The translations under genes were made by a program, and so were the position numbers. A stretch of DNA of 64,000 nucleotides, taken from positions 11,594,001-11,658,000 of the forward strand of contig OZ024740.1 of assembly GCA_964016885.1 (NCBI GenBank), in the 5' to 3' direction. The notes below the pieces were generated by a model. That model ran no database searches, was not told the DNA's origin, and saw only the letters and a list, made by a program, of their open reading frames with translations. Source of the DNA: Eledone cirrhosa. Its lineage: Eukaryota. Positions 26,267 through 39,565 of this stretch are shown here, in pieces (positions within the stretch are counted from its first letter, which is position 1; each line of letters starts with the position of its first letter).

Positions 26267-26616
26267 GTGAGTACCTATATATATATGTGTGTGTGTGTAT
26301 TTAAGTTGTTATTTGGTCAGAAATCACCTTTAATCCAGTAGGCTAATGATTAAAGTCATTTCACCTATGACCAGCCTATCCTTTGTTTTGTTTTTTTATT
26401 TCAGAGTTATATCTAGAACTACATGATACACTGTTTCCTTTTTTATAGGTGGTATTGTGGGATGTGAGAGAAAACTAGCTGTTATTTTTAGGAAATTGTA
26501 TGACCCTATAGAACCTGTATATATGTAAATAATTTGTACTTGAAATGTTGATTTGCTATAATGTGTTGTCTGAAATTTAGCTTTCACGTTATATACATAC
26601 ATAACTCACACACATG

Positions 26617-26803
26617 TGGTGAATTGGCAGTATCGGTAGAGGGTCGGACGCCATGCTTCGACATATAGAGTTACGGCCCTTGCTTTTCTGAGTTCAAATC
26701 CCGCCAAGGTTAACTTTGCCTTTCATCCTTACGGGGTCGATAAAATAAAGTACCAGTAATGCACTGGGTAATTGCTGGCCTTGTGCCTAACGTAGAAACA
26801 ATT
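26617..26803 (+). mobile_element. tRNA-derived SINE, family 1
   Basis: A box TGGCAGTATCGG, B box GAGTTCAAATCC, conserved CTTTGCCTTTCATCCTTACGGGGTCGATAAAATAAAGTACCAG core. Confidence 0.88.
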
Positions 26804-27002
26804 ATAATCTCAGATAGAATGCATATGTATGTGTAAGATATATTCTAAAATGTATTTTACTTGAGGTTACAAAAACAATTTTCAGAAGATACCATGTATG
26901 GTTAAATGTGTGTTTCATGGTTGATATATATATGTAAGTGATTATAATGGAGTATTCCACTATTACTTATGGTAAGATGGGAGAAGCTCAATACATGCTT
27001 AA

Positions 27003-27354
27003 CCCTTTAGCATTTACATTACTCTATATTTACTATTGTATTTTCATGGTAAAGGCTCTCCCTCACATAATTATCTCACATAACATTTACATTACTCTAT
27101 ATTTACTATTGTATTTTCATGGTAAAGGCTCTACCTCACATAACATTTACATTACTCTATATTTACTATTGTATTTTCATGGTAAAGGCTTTACCTTACA
27201 TAATTATCTCACATAATATCCAATCTATGAGATTTTGGTATTATTTATTTTGAGTACAATACCTTAACATCAGTATGAGTGGCTGGTTACAGCCAGTTTG
27301 AACAGGAAGAGGAGAGAATTCTGGCCGGATATGGCTGGTTTAAATGCTAAAGGG
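27003..27354. mobile_element. piggyBac-type MITE with TTAA target duplication
   Basis: TTAA|CCCTTTAGCATTTA ... TAAATGCTAAAGGG|TTAA; internal tandem duplication of ~60 bp; second copy at 35492-35657. Confidence 0.8.
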
Positions 27355-28071
27355 TTAAAGTCTTTGGCACATAAGGAATTCAAGACAAATATTCTTCCGA
27401 AGGTTAAAGTTCTTGCTGTTAAGAAGAGTGAGGGTAGCAGAGTATAAATATTTAAAATGAAGAGAACCAAGGTTATCAAATTTAATCAATTTTTAATAGG
27501 GGTTTAATTTGATAATCTTGGTTCTCTTTATTTTAAATATCATCACCATCATCATTTTAAATATAAATATATATGTAAATGTGGTTGGCATTAGGAAAGG
27601 CATCTAGCCATAGAAACCAAGCTAAAATCAGTGCTGAATGAGCAAGACGTGGCCATCTGACCTGGTTTATCTCACAACTGGACAATTCGTCTAACCCATG
27701 CTAGCGTGCATAAATGGACGTTAAACAGTGATGATGCTGATGATATATATATATTATGTTAACATTACTTTGCTTTGTAGTTGGAAACAGAATTGTCTTA
27801 TCTGTGAATATGTAAGAAGTTGATCAGTTTTTGGTATTGATTTTCTCTGGTTGCTGTTCAATTGTGCCTTTCCTCTCTCGACAGTTTCTCTTTTTTTTTT
27901 CGTCTGTAATGTCTCTACTTAATTAGAAGTGCTTTCTTCTTTTTGTTATGTCTTGTTTTATTTCAATTAACAATCTCTCTTGCTTCATCAGTTAATCACG
28001 TTAAAAAGACTTGTATTTATTTGAAGTATTTTTGTTTTATTTTCTAATACCTTTCATTTATTTACCTGCAG

Positions 28072-28193
28072 ATCCTTATTATGATGACTATTACCCATAT
28101 CCTGAAGAATATGATTATTATGGAGCATATGCCCCACCACCACCTCCTGGTCCCCTTCGAGGTCGTGGAAGAGGTGGAGCAATGCCACCACCT
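28072..28193 (+). CDS. SYNCRIP: SYNCRIP exon I (Tyr-rich/RGG)
   Basis: cctgcag acceptor, gtaagt donor, phase 1/0. DPYYDDYYPYPEEYDYYG...RGRGRGG. Confidence 0.88.
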
Positions 28194-28254
28194 GTAAGTA
28201 AAATCTTATAAATTGTTTGACCACTTATTTAAATACTATTCCATGGCGCAATCT

Positions 28255-28690
28255 TATTGAATTCACAAATAACAATCCCTTTCCCTAACAGTTATATATT
28301 CACAATTAACTAACCCTTTCCCTAGCAGCTATATATTCACAAATAACTATCCTGTTCCCTATCACAGATCTGCCAACCTCTAAAAACCCAAACCGGGAGT
28401 ACCATGAAAAAAAGTGTCCCAAAACATGGCAAAATGGAGAGATTTTACATAATGAAAGCTATACCCTTTTTCACAAGAGAAGATATCTCTCACCCACCCC
28501 AAAATGAGTGGGAGATCTCCCAGTCAGACAGGGATAATTGACAGGTCTGATATCAGCTATATATCCACAAATAACTGTCCCTTTCTTAACAGCTATATAT
28601 CCACAAATAACTGTCCTTTTCCTAGCAGCTATATTTATTAACAGTTAACTACTTCTTTCCCTAACTATATATTCACAATTAACTACCCCT
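28255..28690. repeat. ~35-40 bp minisatellite (TATTCACAAATAACTATCCCTTTCCCTAGCAGCTATA-like) interrupted by a MITE
   Basis: Imperfect units on both sides of 28365-28549. Confidence 0.75.
28365..28549. mobile_element. Small TIR element (hAT-like MITE)
   Basis: Ends CAGATCTGCCAA and TTGACAGGTCTG are inverted repeats; it interrupts a minisatellite. Confidence 0.65.
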
Positions 28691-29089
28691 CCTTATTTCA
28701 GTCAATTACTCATATCTTTATGTTTGAGATGAACCTTAAAAGTGTGGGTTTGTTTGCTTTCTTGGCAATTTTTCTTAAGGCTTTTGTTGTTTTCCTTAGT
28801 AAATATTAATAACAATTTATAGAAATTTAACTTAGACCAACATAAAGATGTCTGGAATGATGTGTGTTAGGAATCAGTAAAAAAAATAACAAAAGGTAGA
28901 AAAACTTAATAAAATAATGGATAAGAGAGCAAAGAAAAGTCCATCTCTTAAGAAGAAAAAATGGAAGTGAGAAGGGTATGTGGTATGAACAAATGACAAC
29001 AAATAGGCAAAGGTGTGTACAGGATAGGGATGAAGGAGGGGGTGGGGGTCATGTAGTCGAGGAAGGCCAAGTGAGATGAAGAAGTGTGG

Positions 29090-29535
29090 ATCTTAGACGT
29101 CTGGCAACTGACTTGGCAGACACCCACAAGATTGTTAACTATCTTTCCAACAACAACCCTGAGCACCTTTTTGATTTCCATATGTCTAACACACGTGGAC
29201 ATGCCTACAAAGTCAGAAAACAGCACAGCTCCCATGACTTTCAGAAACATTTTTTAATTCTCAAAGTTGCTGAAGCATGGAACAAACTACCTGCATCAGT
29301 TGTTAGCTGTCAGGACACTGCATCCTTCAAAACTTCCATGCTTCCTGAAATTTGTCAGCGCTACACCTGATATTCACCCTCCATACACATGCATGTGTGG
29401 TTGTGTATATATCATGATTCATACACTCTTCACTTTCCTGACATTTGTACATTATTCTATGTACTATACATGTACTTTTGATGAATTGTAGTGCACCTGA
29501 GCACTGTACATAATAATTTTCATTATTATTATTAT
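29090..29535 (+). mobile_element. CR1/L2-clade LINE 3' fragment
   Basis: RRLATDL...TRGHAYKVRK...HF..KVAEAWNKLPASVV...SFK matches the CR1 ORF2 C-terminus; (ATT)n tail. Confidence 0.8.
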
Positions 29536-29745
29536 AAGTTTATGGGTGTTGAGAGCAACACAACATAAGAATAATTGGCATTGGTTTAGGTGTATCTTCA
29601 CATTGCAGTGGGTTGACAATGATAATTAAAATTTAAAGAAAGTCTCTTATTTTAAATGTTTTTGTTCCTTTTCATTTTTTTTAATTTTCTATTCTTTTTT
29701 TTTTTTTTAATAAATTTTCCTGTCTCTTTCTTCTCTAATTTACAG

Positions 29746-30084
29746 CCTGTTCGAGGGCGCGGTGCTCCTCCTTTCCGTGCAGCGAGGGGTGGGATGCCTG
29801 TTGGCAGAGGCACCAGGGGTAGCAGCCGTGCTGGTCGAGGTGGTGTGCCTGCTCGTGGAGCACGAGGTGGAGGTAATGCAGCACAGAAAGCTGTCCGAGG
29901 AGGCAAGCGGAAGGCTGGTACAGACTTCAGCCAAGGCCAGTCTAAACGTCGAGTGGTATCAGATAACTGGGGAGCACAACCCATTGCCCAGCAACCACTG
30001 GATCAGTCCAATTACGGCACTGGATCTGGTTATACAGGCAATGATGCACAATGGTATCAGGATTCTTATGGTGGAAACTGGTAG
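29746..30084 (+). CDS. SYNCRIP: SYNCRIP terminal coding exon J (RGG box, NLS-like motif, hnRNP R/Q3-type tail)
   Basis: ttacag acceptor. RGG repeats, GGKRKA...SKRR, NWGAQPIAQQPL...WYQDSYGGNW then TAG. The ten exons sum to 1730 nt = 2 nt + 576 codons, so all phases are consistent. Confidence 0.94.
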   Translation, partial: PVRGRGAPPFRAARGGMPVGRGTRGSSRAGRGGVPARGARGGGNAAQKAVRGGKRKAGTDFSQGQSKRRVVSDNWGAQPIAQQPLDQSNYGTGSGYTGNDAQWYQDSYGGNW

Positions 30085-31355
30085 ATGACTTTAATTGGCA
30101 GCAGTGTCCCCTTTTTTAACAAAAAGCAAAAGAAAAAAAAATATCTTCCATTTCTTTGAAGCAAACTCTCCAAAAATTCCAAAAAAGAAAAAAAATGAAA
30201 ATATTGAAACAGATTTTTTTTAAATTTAATTTTCATGTATACATCTACCTATATCTAAATATCTCTCTCTGTATACATCACACATATATATATATGTGTA
30301 TGTGTGTGTATAAACACAGACATACATGTATGTGTGTGTATGTGTATATATATAGATATATATATATGTGTAATTATTTTCTTCCTAAGTTCTTTCTTAA
30401 CAATAGTTCAATCATTGTAATCCATACTAATATCATTCGTACATCAAAAATCATGAGCGAGCTGAAATTCTCTCCCATTCCCCTTTACCATTCGCCTCAT
30501 ATCTAAATTTTTCATATTTGATTTTTATTTCTCCAACTATGGTTAAAGTAAGATTGATCTTCTTCATGATGTCGTCATCTTTCTTTGAACATGTTTAAAA
30601 AAAAACAAAACAAGAAACTATGCTGATGCTAAGTTTGGTTCACTCCTTTTGGTAGGGAATATATCACCTCTTCTCTCTTTCTTTGGATCAAAAAGTTTCG
30701 TTTCCACATTCTATATATGCATACATACACACATACTTTCACATTTGTATGCATGTATATGTACGTATGTATGTATATGTGTATGTGTGTGTATATATAT
30801 ATAAACTAGGAATGTTACTAAATCTACTACCTTTAATGATATTTATATATGTGTATATACACACACACACCATTTGGCATTTAACAACAAAGACAAATTG
30901 AAAAGCAACAGCAAAAAAAGAAAGCAGCAAAATTCTGTCTTTTTTTCTGTTCCATAGTCGGCCATTGAAAGAAAATTTAACCATAGCAAAAATATAACCA
31001 AGAAAAAAAAAATAAACAAAAACCAATCAGAACCACAAAGCAAAAAAAAAAAATACATATTAAAACATATTAACAAAAAAAAACACAAGAAAGAAATGAA
31101 AATAAAAACACTAAAATGATATTTCATGTTTAGTGGCCAAAATTTCCAAATTTCTATTCTATAAGATTTTAGACATTTAAAATGGTAATCTTAAATTTTT
31201 AACTTTATTTTAAAATCTTTCATTCTTCATCTTTGAGCTACACTGGTCTTGGATGATCTACTTTTTTTAATTCTTTTTCTACCCCCCCCCCCCCCCCCCC
31301 AATCCAATCTCACCTCATTCCATTTAAGTAGCCCCATGTCCCTTTACCAGCACCC

Positions 31356-31398
<43 letters not shown>

Positions 31399-31423
31399 AT
31401 ATACACACACACACATACATATA

Positions 31424-31501
31424 CAGGGTGTCTTCAAAAAATGTATACACACTTTGATTAGAATGCTGTTGAAGTGTGTATACATTTTCTGGGACACCCT
31501 A
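31424..31501. mobile_element. 78-bp Tc1/mariner-type mini-MITE (hairpin)
   Basis: TA|CAGGGTGTC..AAAAAATGTATACACACTT ... AAGTGTGTATACATTTT...GACACCCT. Confidence 0.75.
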
Positions 31502-34500
31502 TGTATATGTATACATATATATATGTATTGTCTTTTGTGTAATCCTGGCTGAGAAAATATTTTTAACTTGATCAAAGTATTGCGTTCTTATAGTTTCTTT
31601 CTTTACTCTTTTCTTTCTTTTCTTACTCTGGAATAACATCTTTTTGTGTTGTTTCTTTATTATATATTATTCTCTTAGCACTTATCATAACAGGATTTAA
31701 CCATTATTAAAGGATCAATGTACACACACATCATGGGTGTATATATATGCATGTGCACACACGCACACACACATGGTGTGTTCCATTTTAATACACACAA
31801 ACAAGTAACAATACTGAATTGAAACATTTTGAGCTTGGTGTTTCTCTTTGTCACAACACATACAACCACAGAGTCAGTTAATATTCCCTGACTCACTCAT
31901 GTACAATTCTACTGTCATGCTCGACAGTGCCATTTGTAAAGGTCAAGTGTGAGTTGATGCTGGTAACATTACAAACTTGTTGAACAAGGCACTTCATTTC
32001 ATGTTACTCCAGTCCGCTCAGTTAAAAACAACAAAAAAACTGAATACATACCCCCCCCCCCCTGCAGCAGATAAGGGTTAACTTTCAACGGACTGTCAAC
32101 TATCCAGAGAAGAAGAGTCTTGTACTCTGTTACTTAATATTATATGAAACCAACATAAGTTCCCACCTGATAAGCCAACAGACTCAAGGCAGATTGTTTT
32201 AACTAACATTTTATCATTAGCAGCACCATGTGCAGTTTTTTGGTGGGATTTAGAGTTCAGTGAACATCTTTTAATTTTTCATTTACATCACAGTTTCATC
32301 CCTTTCCTCGTTATTTCTGTTAAAATTTATTATTTCCTGATCACTATTACTATTTAAGGTGTTTTAATCTCAGTTGAGGTTAACCTGATCTTCACTTTTA
32401 TCCTTTGAATATCTTGTCTTTGTGTATGTATGTGTGTGTGTGTGTGTGTAGACATGTGACTGAGTGAGTTCTGTGTGTGTCTGTGTCTGAGTGAGGTTTT
32501 AATTTGTATTTGTATTATTGTAAAATTATCATTGTAGTTGCCGTCCATTCCTATTTGTTGTTATTGTTGTAGGTCAGCCCCTCATTCAGCTCCATCCTTA
32601 GACAGTAAGTTCCAACTATGACCATCCCATCTTATATTAAGAAGATAGTCTACCTGGGATGTGTTCCATTTTAAAGACAATAGGGTGTGATTTGAGGCAG
32701 ATGTGGCTACTATTTTTATTGTGTTGTATGACCATCTAGAGACTCCTTTATTCAGTCTTTATGTTTGTTGATCCTCTCTAAGTAGATTTAACATATCACA
32801 TCTTTTGTGTTTCTCTAAGATGTTTGTTAGATTTGTTGGTTATAATACCCCCCTCCCCCAATAGTTTCTTGTCACACAAAAAAGAGTAGAATACTTGTTT
32901 ACTTATGTATTGATATATATATATATATGTTATGGTTTTACTTTTCTTTCTAATGTCCTGCGCTTAACTGTGTCGATCTCTAGGAAGATACACATTAACA
33001 AAATTGGATTTAGAAGTGCTTTATTTTACCACATCCAACTCTAGTGTTGTGTCCCTCTAGATGGGGGATGAGGGCTCATTAGAGATGTATTTTACAGACT
33101 ACAGACTTAAATTCTTGTCACTAAAAAGAAAACATCTATCAAGACAATATGTCTCAGTCCCAATTTAGTTTCCCCTATCATTGGAACAAAAACAAAAAAA
33201 GTTATTTATCTTTCAACATAAACACTGCTTATTATATTGTTTCTATAACTCATTAATGCATCTCATTATTCCCACTAATTTGCTCCTTTGTATTGTTAAT
33301 GAAATTTGCAAGCTTTTTACTATTCTCTCCAACTTATACTCCCCAATTTTAAAAACACATGACTCTCAGCCATTACAATGTCATAGAAATGAGGGAGGAC
33401 AGCTGTTTGTTGTATTTTATTAAATCTATGTTAACATATGAGGGCAGTTGATAGTCTGTTGACCGACTGGCAGAATTATATCCAGTGTCAATGAGACATT
33501 GAACAACTATTGCTAGATCACTCCACAGTTGTAAATAGTCATCATTGTGGAGTGGATAGAGCTCAGTGCTATGAACAGTGAGAAAAAACAAAAACACCAT
33601 TAACAAATTGTTAGCTTACAAGGTTGAGTTAAGTCGTCTTCTTCGCCCACTTATTCCTGAGAGGGTCGTGGGGGCAAAGTCCTCAAATACTCCTTTCAGT
33701 GGGTCCTGTCAGAAGCAACTGTCTCCAACTGATCCGGCTGGATCTCCAAGCGAGACGAGCCAAGCACATGGATGTTATCCAACCATCTTGCTCGGGGTCT
33801 ACACTTGGGTCTCTTGCTGGTTGGTTTTGCCCATAAAATCTGTCCAACGATTCTTTCCCGAGACATTGTAACCACATGCCTATAGTACCGGAGCTGTGAT
33901 TTCTCAATTTGAAGAAGTAGCGGCTCTACCTGCTTGAGTTAAGTCTTCCTATGGAATTTACAGAAAGATGAGAAACCCCATCTTTTATTATAATTGTCCT
34001 TCCATTACAATTTGTTAACTAAAACTTTTATTGGTGTCCCTCATAGAATAGCACGGTTACACTAAACACTCACTCTTTGCCATAACTATTAACATAATTC
34101 TCCCCTATTTCTTATTTCTCAATAATCATATTTTGGCTAAAATTCCATTTATAGTTTCTGCCGAAATGCTTCCCTCTCTGTTTTATGTTTCACCTTAACT
34201 ATACATATTTTAACATTTATATTCATTGTTCATTTAGTTAACTATTTTTTCTTTTTTCATTAAATTAAACAAAAAAAAAATGTTTATCTTTTCTAGTTTA
34301 TCTCTTCTTCATTCAAAACAATTCCTAGTTTTTCTCTCTACATATGTATATAGTTAACAACATGCATCTAACGAGAATTTGTGGAACTGTATAGGGCATG
34401 GTTAATGTCTCTCTTTCCCAGACTAACTTGTGTGTTTGCATGTATTATATATATATATATATATATATATAATTAGTGTTGATGTTCATTTGTAAACATT

Positions 34501-35491
34501 ATAATTTGAATAGTGGGACAGAAAAACCAAGGTAAATGCTATAACTGTTGATCAAAATTAAACCACAAATACTGCTGAGTGTCAGAGGTTATTATTGCCT
34601 TTGGTTTTATGTCAATTGTATTCATGTGTGTGTGTCATGGATGGAGCAGATCACTTTCTTTAGGATTACAACTTCTTTGCATACATAAAGGTAGAGGTTG
34701 TTTGTTGGATAACAGTAGTGTAAGTAAAATAAAAAGTGGGCTGAGGTTCAACTGTGGAAGTGAAACCTGGACAACACAGAACTACCATGTCTCTACATTA
34801 CTATATACACCGTAATTTTGTTTAATATATGTGTGCATATGTATATACAAGTGTGTGTGTAGTTATCTAGGCAGTATAGTTTTGAGGTTGAATACCTCTT
34901 TATTTCAATTCTTACTTAATAGTATATTTCTAGTTAGACTAATTAATCCTGACTAACTATTAAGACATATTTAAGTGATGCAGAAATAAGACTGGTTAAG
35001 TCATATTTGGTGTTGAAATCCTGGTGTGGTCGGTTGCATCTTTTATATTTTCAGAGGGGCTAATAAAATACCAGTTATGTACTGGAGTCAATTGATGTTT
35101 ATTCCCTGTAAAATGAGCTCAAGTTAGAAGTCCTTATAAAGACAATGGTTTGTAGATTTGCCAGGGTCATGTTTAGAATCAGTAGAAGGTTAGATAAAAT
35201 GGAATGATGTGTTTTCTTTTGCCATTAGATCAAATCCTACCAGATTCAAATTTGCTTTTTTTATCCTTTGGCGGAGTTTTGATGAAGCAACAGTCAAGAA
35301 CTGGTTTCAATATAATTACCCATTCTCCATACACACACCACACACATGCACAGAAAATTAGAGGTTTTCTACCCCTATTTAAAATCTTTAAAGTGGTAAA
35401 ATGTAGTGTTAGATGTAGCCTAATATCTTTTAACCCCTTTGTTACCAACATAATTTGATAAAGATCTGTCATGTTAGAAATACCATCTTAA

Positions 35492-35657
35492 CCCTTGAAG
35501 CATTCATATGACTATGTTTACTGTATTTTTATGATAAAGTCTTTACTTCACATAATATCAAATCTATGAGATTTTGATATTTATTTTGAGAACAATACCT
35601 TAACATCAGTATGAGTGGCCAGTTACAGGCAGTTTGAACAGTTTAAATGCTAAAGTG
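35492..35657. mobile_element. piggyBac-type MITE, second copy
   Basis: TTAA-flanked; internal sequence shared with 27003-27354. Confidence 0.7.
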
Positions 35658-36151
35658 TTAATGAAATATATCTAATATTTTAGTAAATTCGTCAATTCTT
35701 CATAAAATAATTCAAATGCAATGTATTTCATTAGAAGAAAGGTAATGAAAGGGTTCCTTCTGGAACTAATATATAAGTACCAGTCAAATAATAGGGTCGA
35801 GGGTATCAATTGATTGACTAACTTAGAAATCGTTATTAGTAATATTATGTTAGAGATTATTATGATCGATGGATTAGCAGACAAAATGCCTTGTAGTATT
35901 TGTTTTGGTTCTTTATGTTCTGAGTTTCAATGTGACCTCTAAACTTTCGATGATGTCCTCATATCATAGGTTTTTCGTAATTTTCTTAAATATCCAGTAG
36001 ATATATAATTCTAGAACATGAAATAAATATTTGATACGCCAAAGTCAAATGCAACAACTACAATATTTTTAGTATAGATTATCAAAATATACCTTTTCAT
36101 TCTATACACACATATTTGTCCATGTTTCTTTATATTGTTGCTGTTGTTAGG

Positions 36152-36365
36152 GTGGTGGATTAGCAGTATCGGTAGAGCATCGGACACCATGCTTTGTGGC
36201 ATATAGTTACGTCCCTTTGCGTTCTGAGTTCAAATCCTGTCGAGGTTAGCTTTGCCATTCATCCTTACAGGGTTGATAAAATAAAATACCAGTAATGCAC
36301 TGGGGTCGATTTAATCGACTCTCTCCTTTCCAAAAATTGCTGGCTATGTGCCTAAATCAGAAGCC
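36152..36365 (+). mobile_element. tRNA-derived SINE, family 1
   Basis: A and B boxes plus the family core. Confidence 0.82.
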
Positions 36366-37062
36366 ATGATAATATATAATAATATACAATTCAGTTCTGG
36401 TGTCTGGGAAAACATGTTGAGCTGGTTTCGGGTTGTTGCTCTTCCCCTCTCCTCTTCTCTGTGTGTGTATGTGTATGTATATGTATGTGTATGTGTGTGT
36501 ATATGTATGTGTATGTGTGTGTATACATATACTGTTTATCTCTATGACACACAGTCAAGTAAATTTATGATTAAAGGTGTTCCATAATCATTCTATTTTC
36601 TCAGACATAGCATATCTAGGATTACAGTGTCCAGTGTGTCCTTAAGACTATGGTGTGCTTTAAGGGTATTTGGTTGCTATTTTCAACATGTCTAGTGACC
36701 ATGTAGAGGATCTCTCAGCTTCTACATGTGTGTGTGTGTGTTTGTATATATATATATAATACAAGGGCAAATGGTTACTTCTTCATTACGTTTATTGGTT
36801 GGTGACCCGCGTTTCGCTACTGATCAGCTCAGGGTTTGATCTGTATCGATCTAGCCCGACTCTGGAATCAATGGCTCGTCAGACCCTGGATATATATATG
36901 TGTGTTTATATATAATGTTTCAGAAGTTTATTTTCTAACCATGTAATATTCTTTGATCCTACTGCATAGCATCAAAGTGACTTTGACAATAACCACAGAC
37001 TGATAAATACCTTATGAATAGAATTTAGTAGATAGAAAATGTGCTGAAGCGTGTGATATATA

Positions 37063-37520
37063 TGAAAGCCACAACAATGCAGGTTTGGAAGGAAAATAAT
37101 TAAATGGTAAGAAACGGGTTTTTTTACCTTAATTTATTCATATGTCCTGATATTTCGAGATTAATATCTCTTCTTCCGAGGAAAATAAAGAACTATTCCA
37201 GTGTCCGAGGTGGCTTGTTATATCATGCTGGCCAGAAGTGGCTTTATTATTTATTTATTATTATTTTTTTCCTAACCTCTTTTGTTTTAAAATTATGGTC
37301 TGGACAAATGTCCGGGTGGGTGCGGTGATAATAAAACCACTTCCGGCCTACATGGTATAACAAGCCACCTCGGACACTGGAATAGTTCCTTTATTTTCCT
37401 CGGAAGAAGAGATATTAATCTCGAAATATCAGGACATATGAATAAATTAAGGTAAAAAAACAACCCCAGTTTCTTACCATTTAATTATCCCCGTCCAAAC
37501 CTGCATTGTTGTGGCTTTCA
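37063..37520. repeat. Long inverted repeat (arms ~190 bp, loop ~75 bp); foldback/MITE-like
   Basis: TGAAAGCCACAACAATGCAGGTTTGGA... pairs with ...TCCAAACCTGCATTGTTGTGGCTTTCA, with long perfectly complementary runs. Confidence 0.92.
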
Positions 37521-38330
37521 AACTTTTAATTCTTTATACCATATACAATGCTTCAAGTATACTACAAATTCCTTCCATATATATATGTATAAACTCTTTG
37601 CCTTTTCTTTTCGGGGAAACAGTACTAATGATGCTGTACATCATGTGAGATGTATATTCCTGTCTTTTGCTTCAACAACTCTAACAGAGTCTGCTGAAGA
37701 CTACCTGTCTAAATTCCTGATGATGGAAGTAGCTACAGGTCCCAAACCACACCCACACACATATATATGTGTATATATATATATATACACACACACACAT
37801 ACATATACATATATGGATAAGATATTACTAATCAGTTGACTTGTAAGATCCTTGTTTAACTGGGTACTTGATGAGTACTACTGGTTAGAGTTTGGGTTTC
37901 AATATATTAAGCAATATTGTACATCTGATTACCATACTACTGTGCAGCTCTTCATTTCATGTTGCTGCTGTTCACTTAGCTGAAAATATGTTCTACCTGT
38001 AGTTGGGTGGGAGAGTTAACGTTATAACGGACTGGTGTCCCGTCCAGGGATGAGCCTTCCAATCACTTAACACCATTTGAAACTAGGATAATCTCCAACC
38101 TGAGCCAACATGGGAAAAAACGATGATACTGATGAACTTCAGATGGAAGTTCAACAAACTTAATCACTCTTGTTCTTGTACCTTAGTCAACAATTAGCTT
38201 CTGTAAACCAGTGTTAACATTAGAAAGACACCATTAACTATGTTCTATACACACATAGTGTATGTGATTCAGTGAATTACTGGTGGTGTTACCAATATGA
38301 GCACTTGATGCACAGGCAGAGTATATATAT

Positions 38331-38566
38331 TAAGAAAAACGATGACGTTTTGTTTACATGTATTTAGTTTTTTTTTTGTTGTGTATCAACCTGTTACATG
38401 TGTTTCGCAGAGGATTGGCTTATGGTCATCCATAGAAGTTATGAACCTGACTCCATTATTGATCTGCTCTTCAGACTGGTGATTCAACTAAAAAAAAATG
38501 CACTTAACAGGTCAATACACAATAAAAAACTAAATACATGTAAATGAAACTTCATCATTTTTCTTA
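38331..38566. mobile_element. MITE with ~70-bp TIRs, inserted in (TA)n
   Basis: TAAGAAAAACGATGACGTTT...TTTACATGTATTTAGTTTT pairs with AAAACTAAATACATGTAAA...CATCATTTTTCTTA. Confidence 0.75.
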
Positions 38567-39104
38567 CATATATATGGGAATCATTGCATTATTATTTTTT
38601 ATTTTTGTGTATTATATAATTTATTATTCTTTTAATTGATAACCATACAAAATATTTCACAATATCATTTTTATATATCATTACTCCTCTGCACCCTCCT
38701 CACCTAAATAATACCATCAAATATTGCGCTTAACATGTTTGTTTAATGAGTTGTGTTATGTAAGTAGTTGCTTTTGTGTGTGTAAGGGAGAGAGAGATAG
38801 AAATATTTTAACCTACAGCTAATTTTAATAATAATCCTTCTATATGCCAGTTTGTATCTATCTAACATAACACAATTATAGATATAATATTGCTGTGTAT
38901 TGAACATAACAATCACCTTGTCATTGATTTCATTTACATATTATTTGTTTGTTATATTTAATTAAGCTCACCACCTTTCTTTAACCACCCTCCTCCATCC
39001 CTGTTCCTCGTCTTCCTCTTAATAACTGTTGCCAATCTTGCTTCCTTCCACACATTAGTTGCAGTCAGTAACTTCTTTTTCCAATGACTCACTTTTCTTT
39101 TTTC

Positions 39105-39491
39105 CATGTCCTACATGTATATCATATTATATCTTGGATATATATACATGCCCTACATGTATATCATATCTTAGATATATATATATACATACATGTCCTA
39201 CATGTATATCATATCTTAGATATATATTTATATGTCCTACATGTATGTATATATATATATATATTTCTACATGTATATTATATCTTAGATATATATATAT
39301 TTCCTACATGTATATTATATCTTAGATAGATATATATATATTTCCTACATGTATATTATATCTTAGATATATATATATATATACATGTCCTACATGTATA
39401 TTATATCTTAGATATATATATATACATGTCCTACATGTATATTATATTTTAGATATATATATATATATTTCCTACATGTATATCATATCTT

Positions 39492-39525
<34 letters not shown>

Positions 39526-39565
39526 TTCCTACATGTATATTATATCTTAGAGATATATATATATT
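39105..39565. repeat. Compound minisatellite CCTACATGTATATTATATCTTAGA(TA)n
   Basis: About 11 units with variable TA tracts. Confidence 0.9.

Noticed and set aside
26617-26720. tRNA gene (A and B boxes)
   Set aside because: No cloverleaf; it continues into a multi-copy SINE body. The same applies to the other copies.
37705-37750. Hammerhead ribozyme core CTGATGA-TGGA...TCC-CAAAC
   Set aside because: GAAA reads CAAA, and the stem I and III partners are missing (truncated by a microsatellite).
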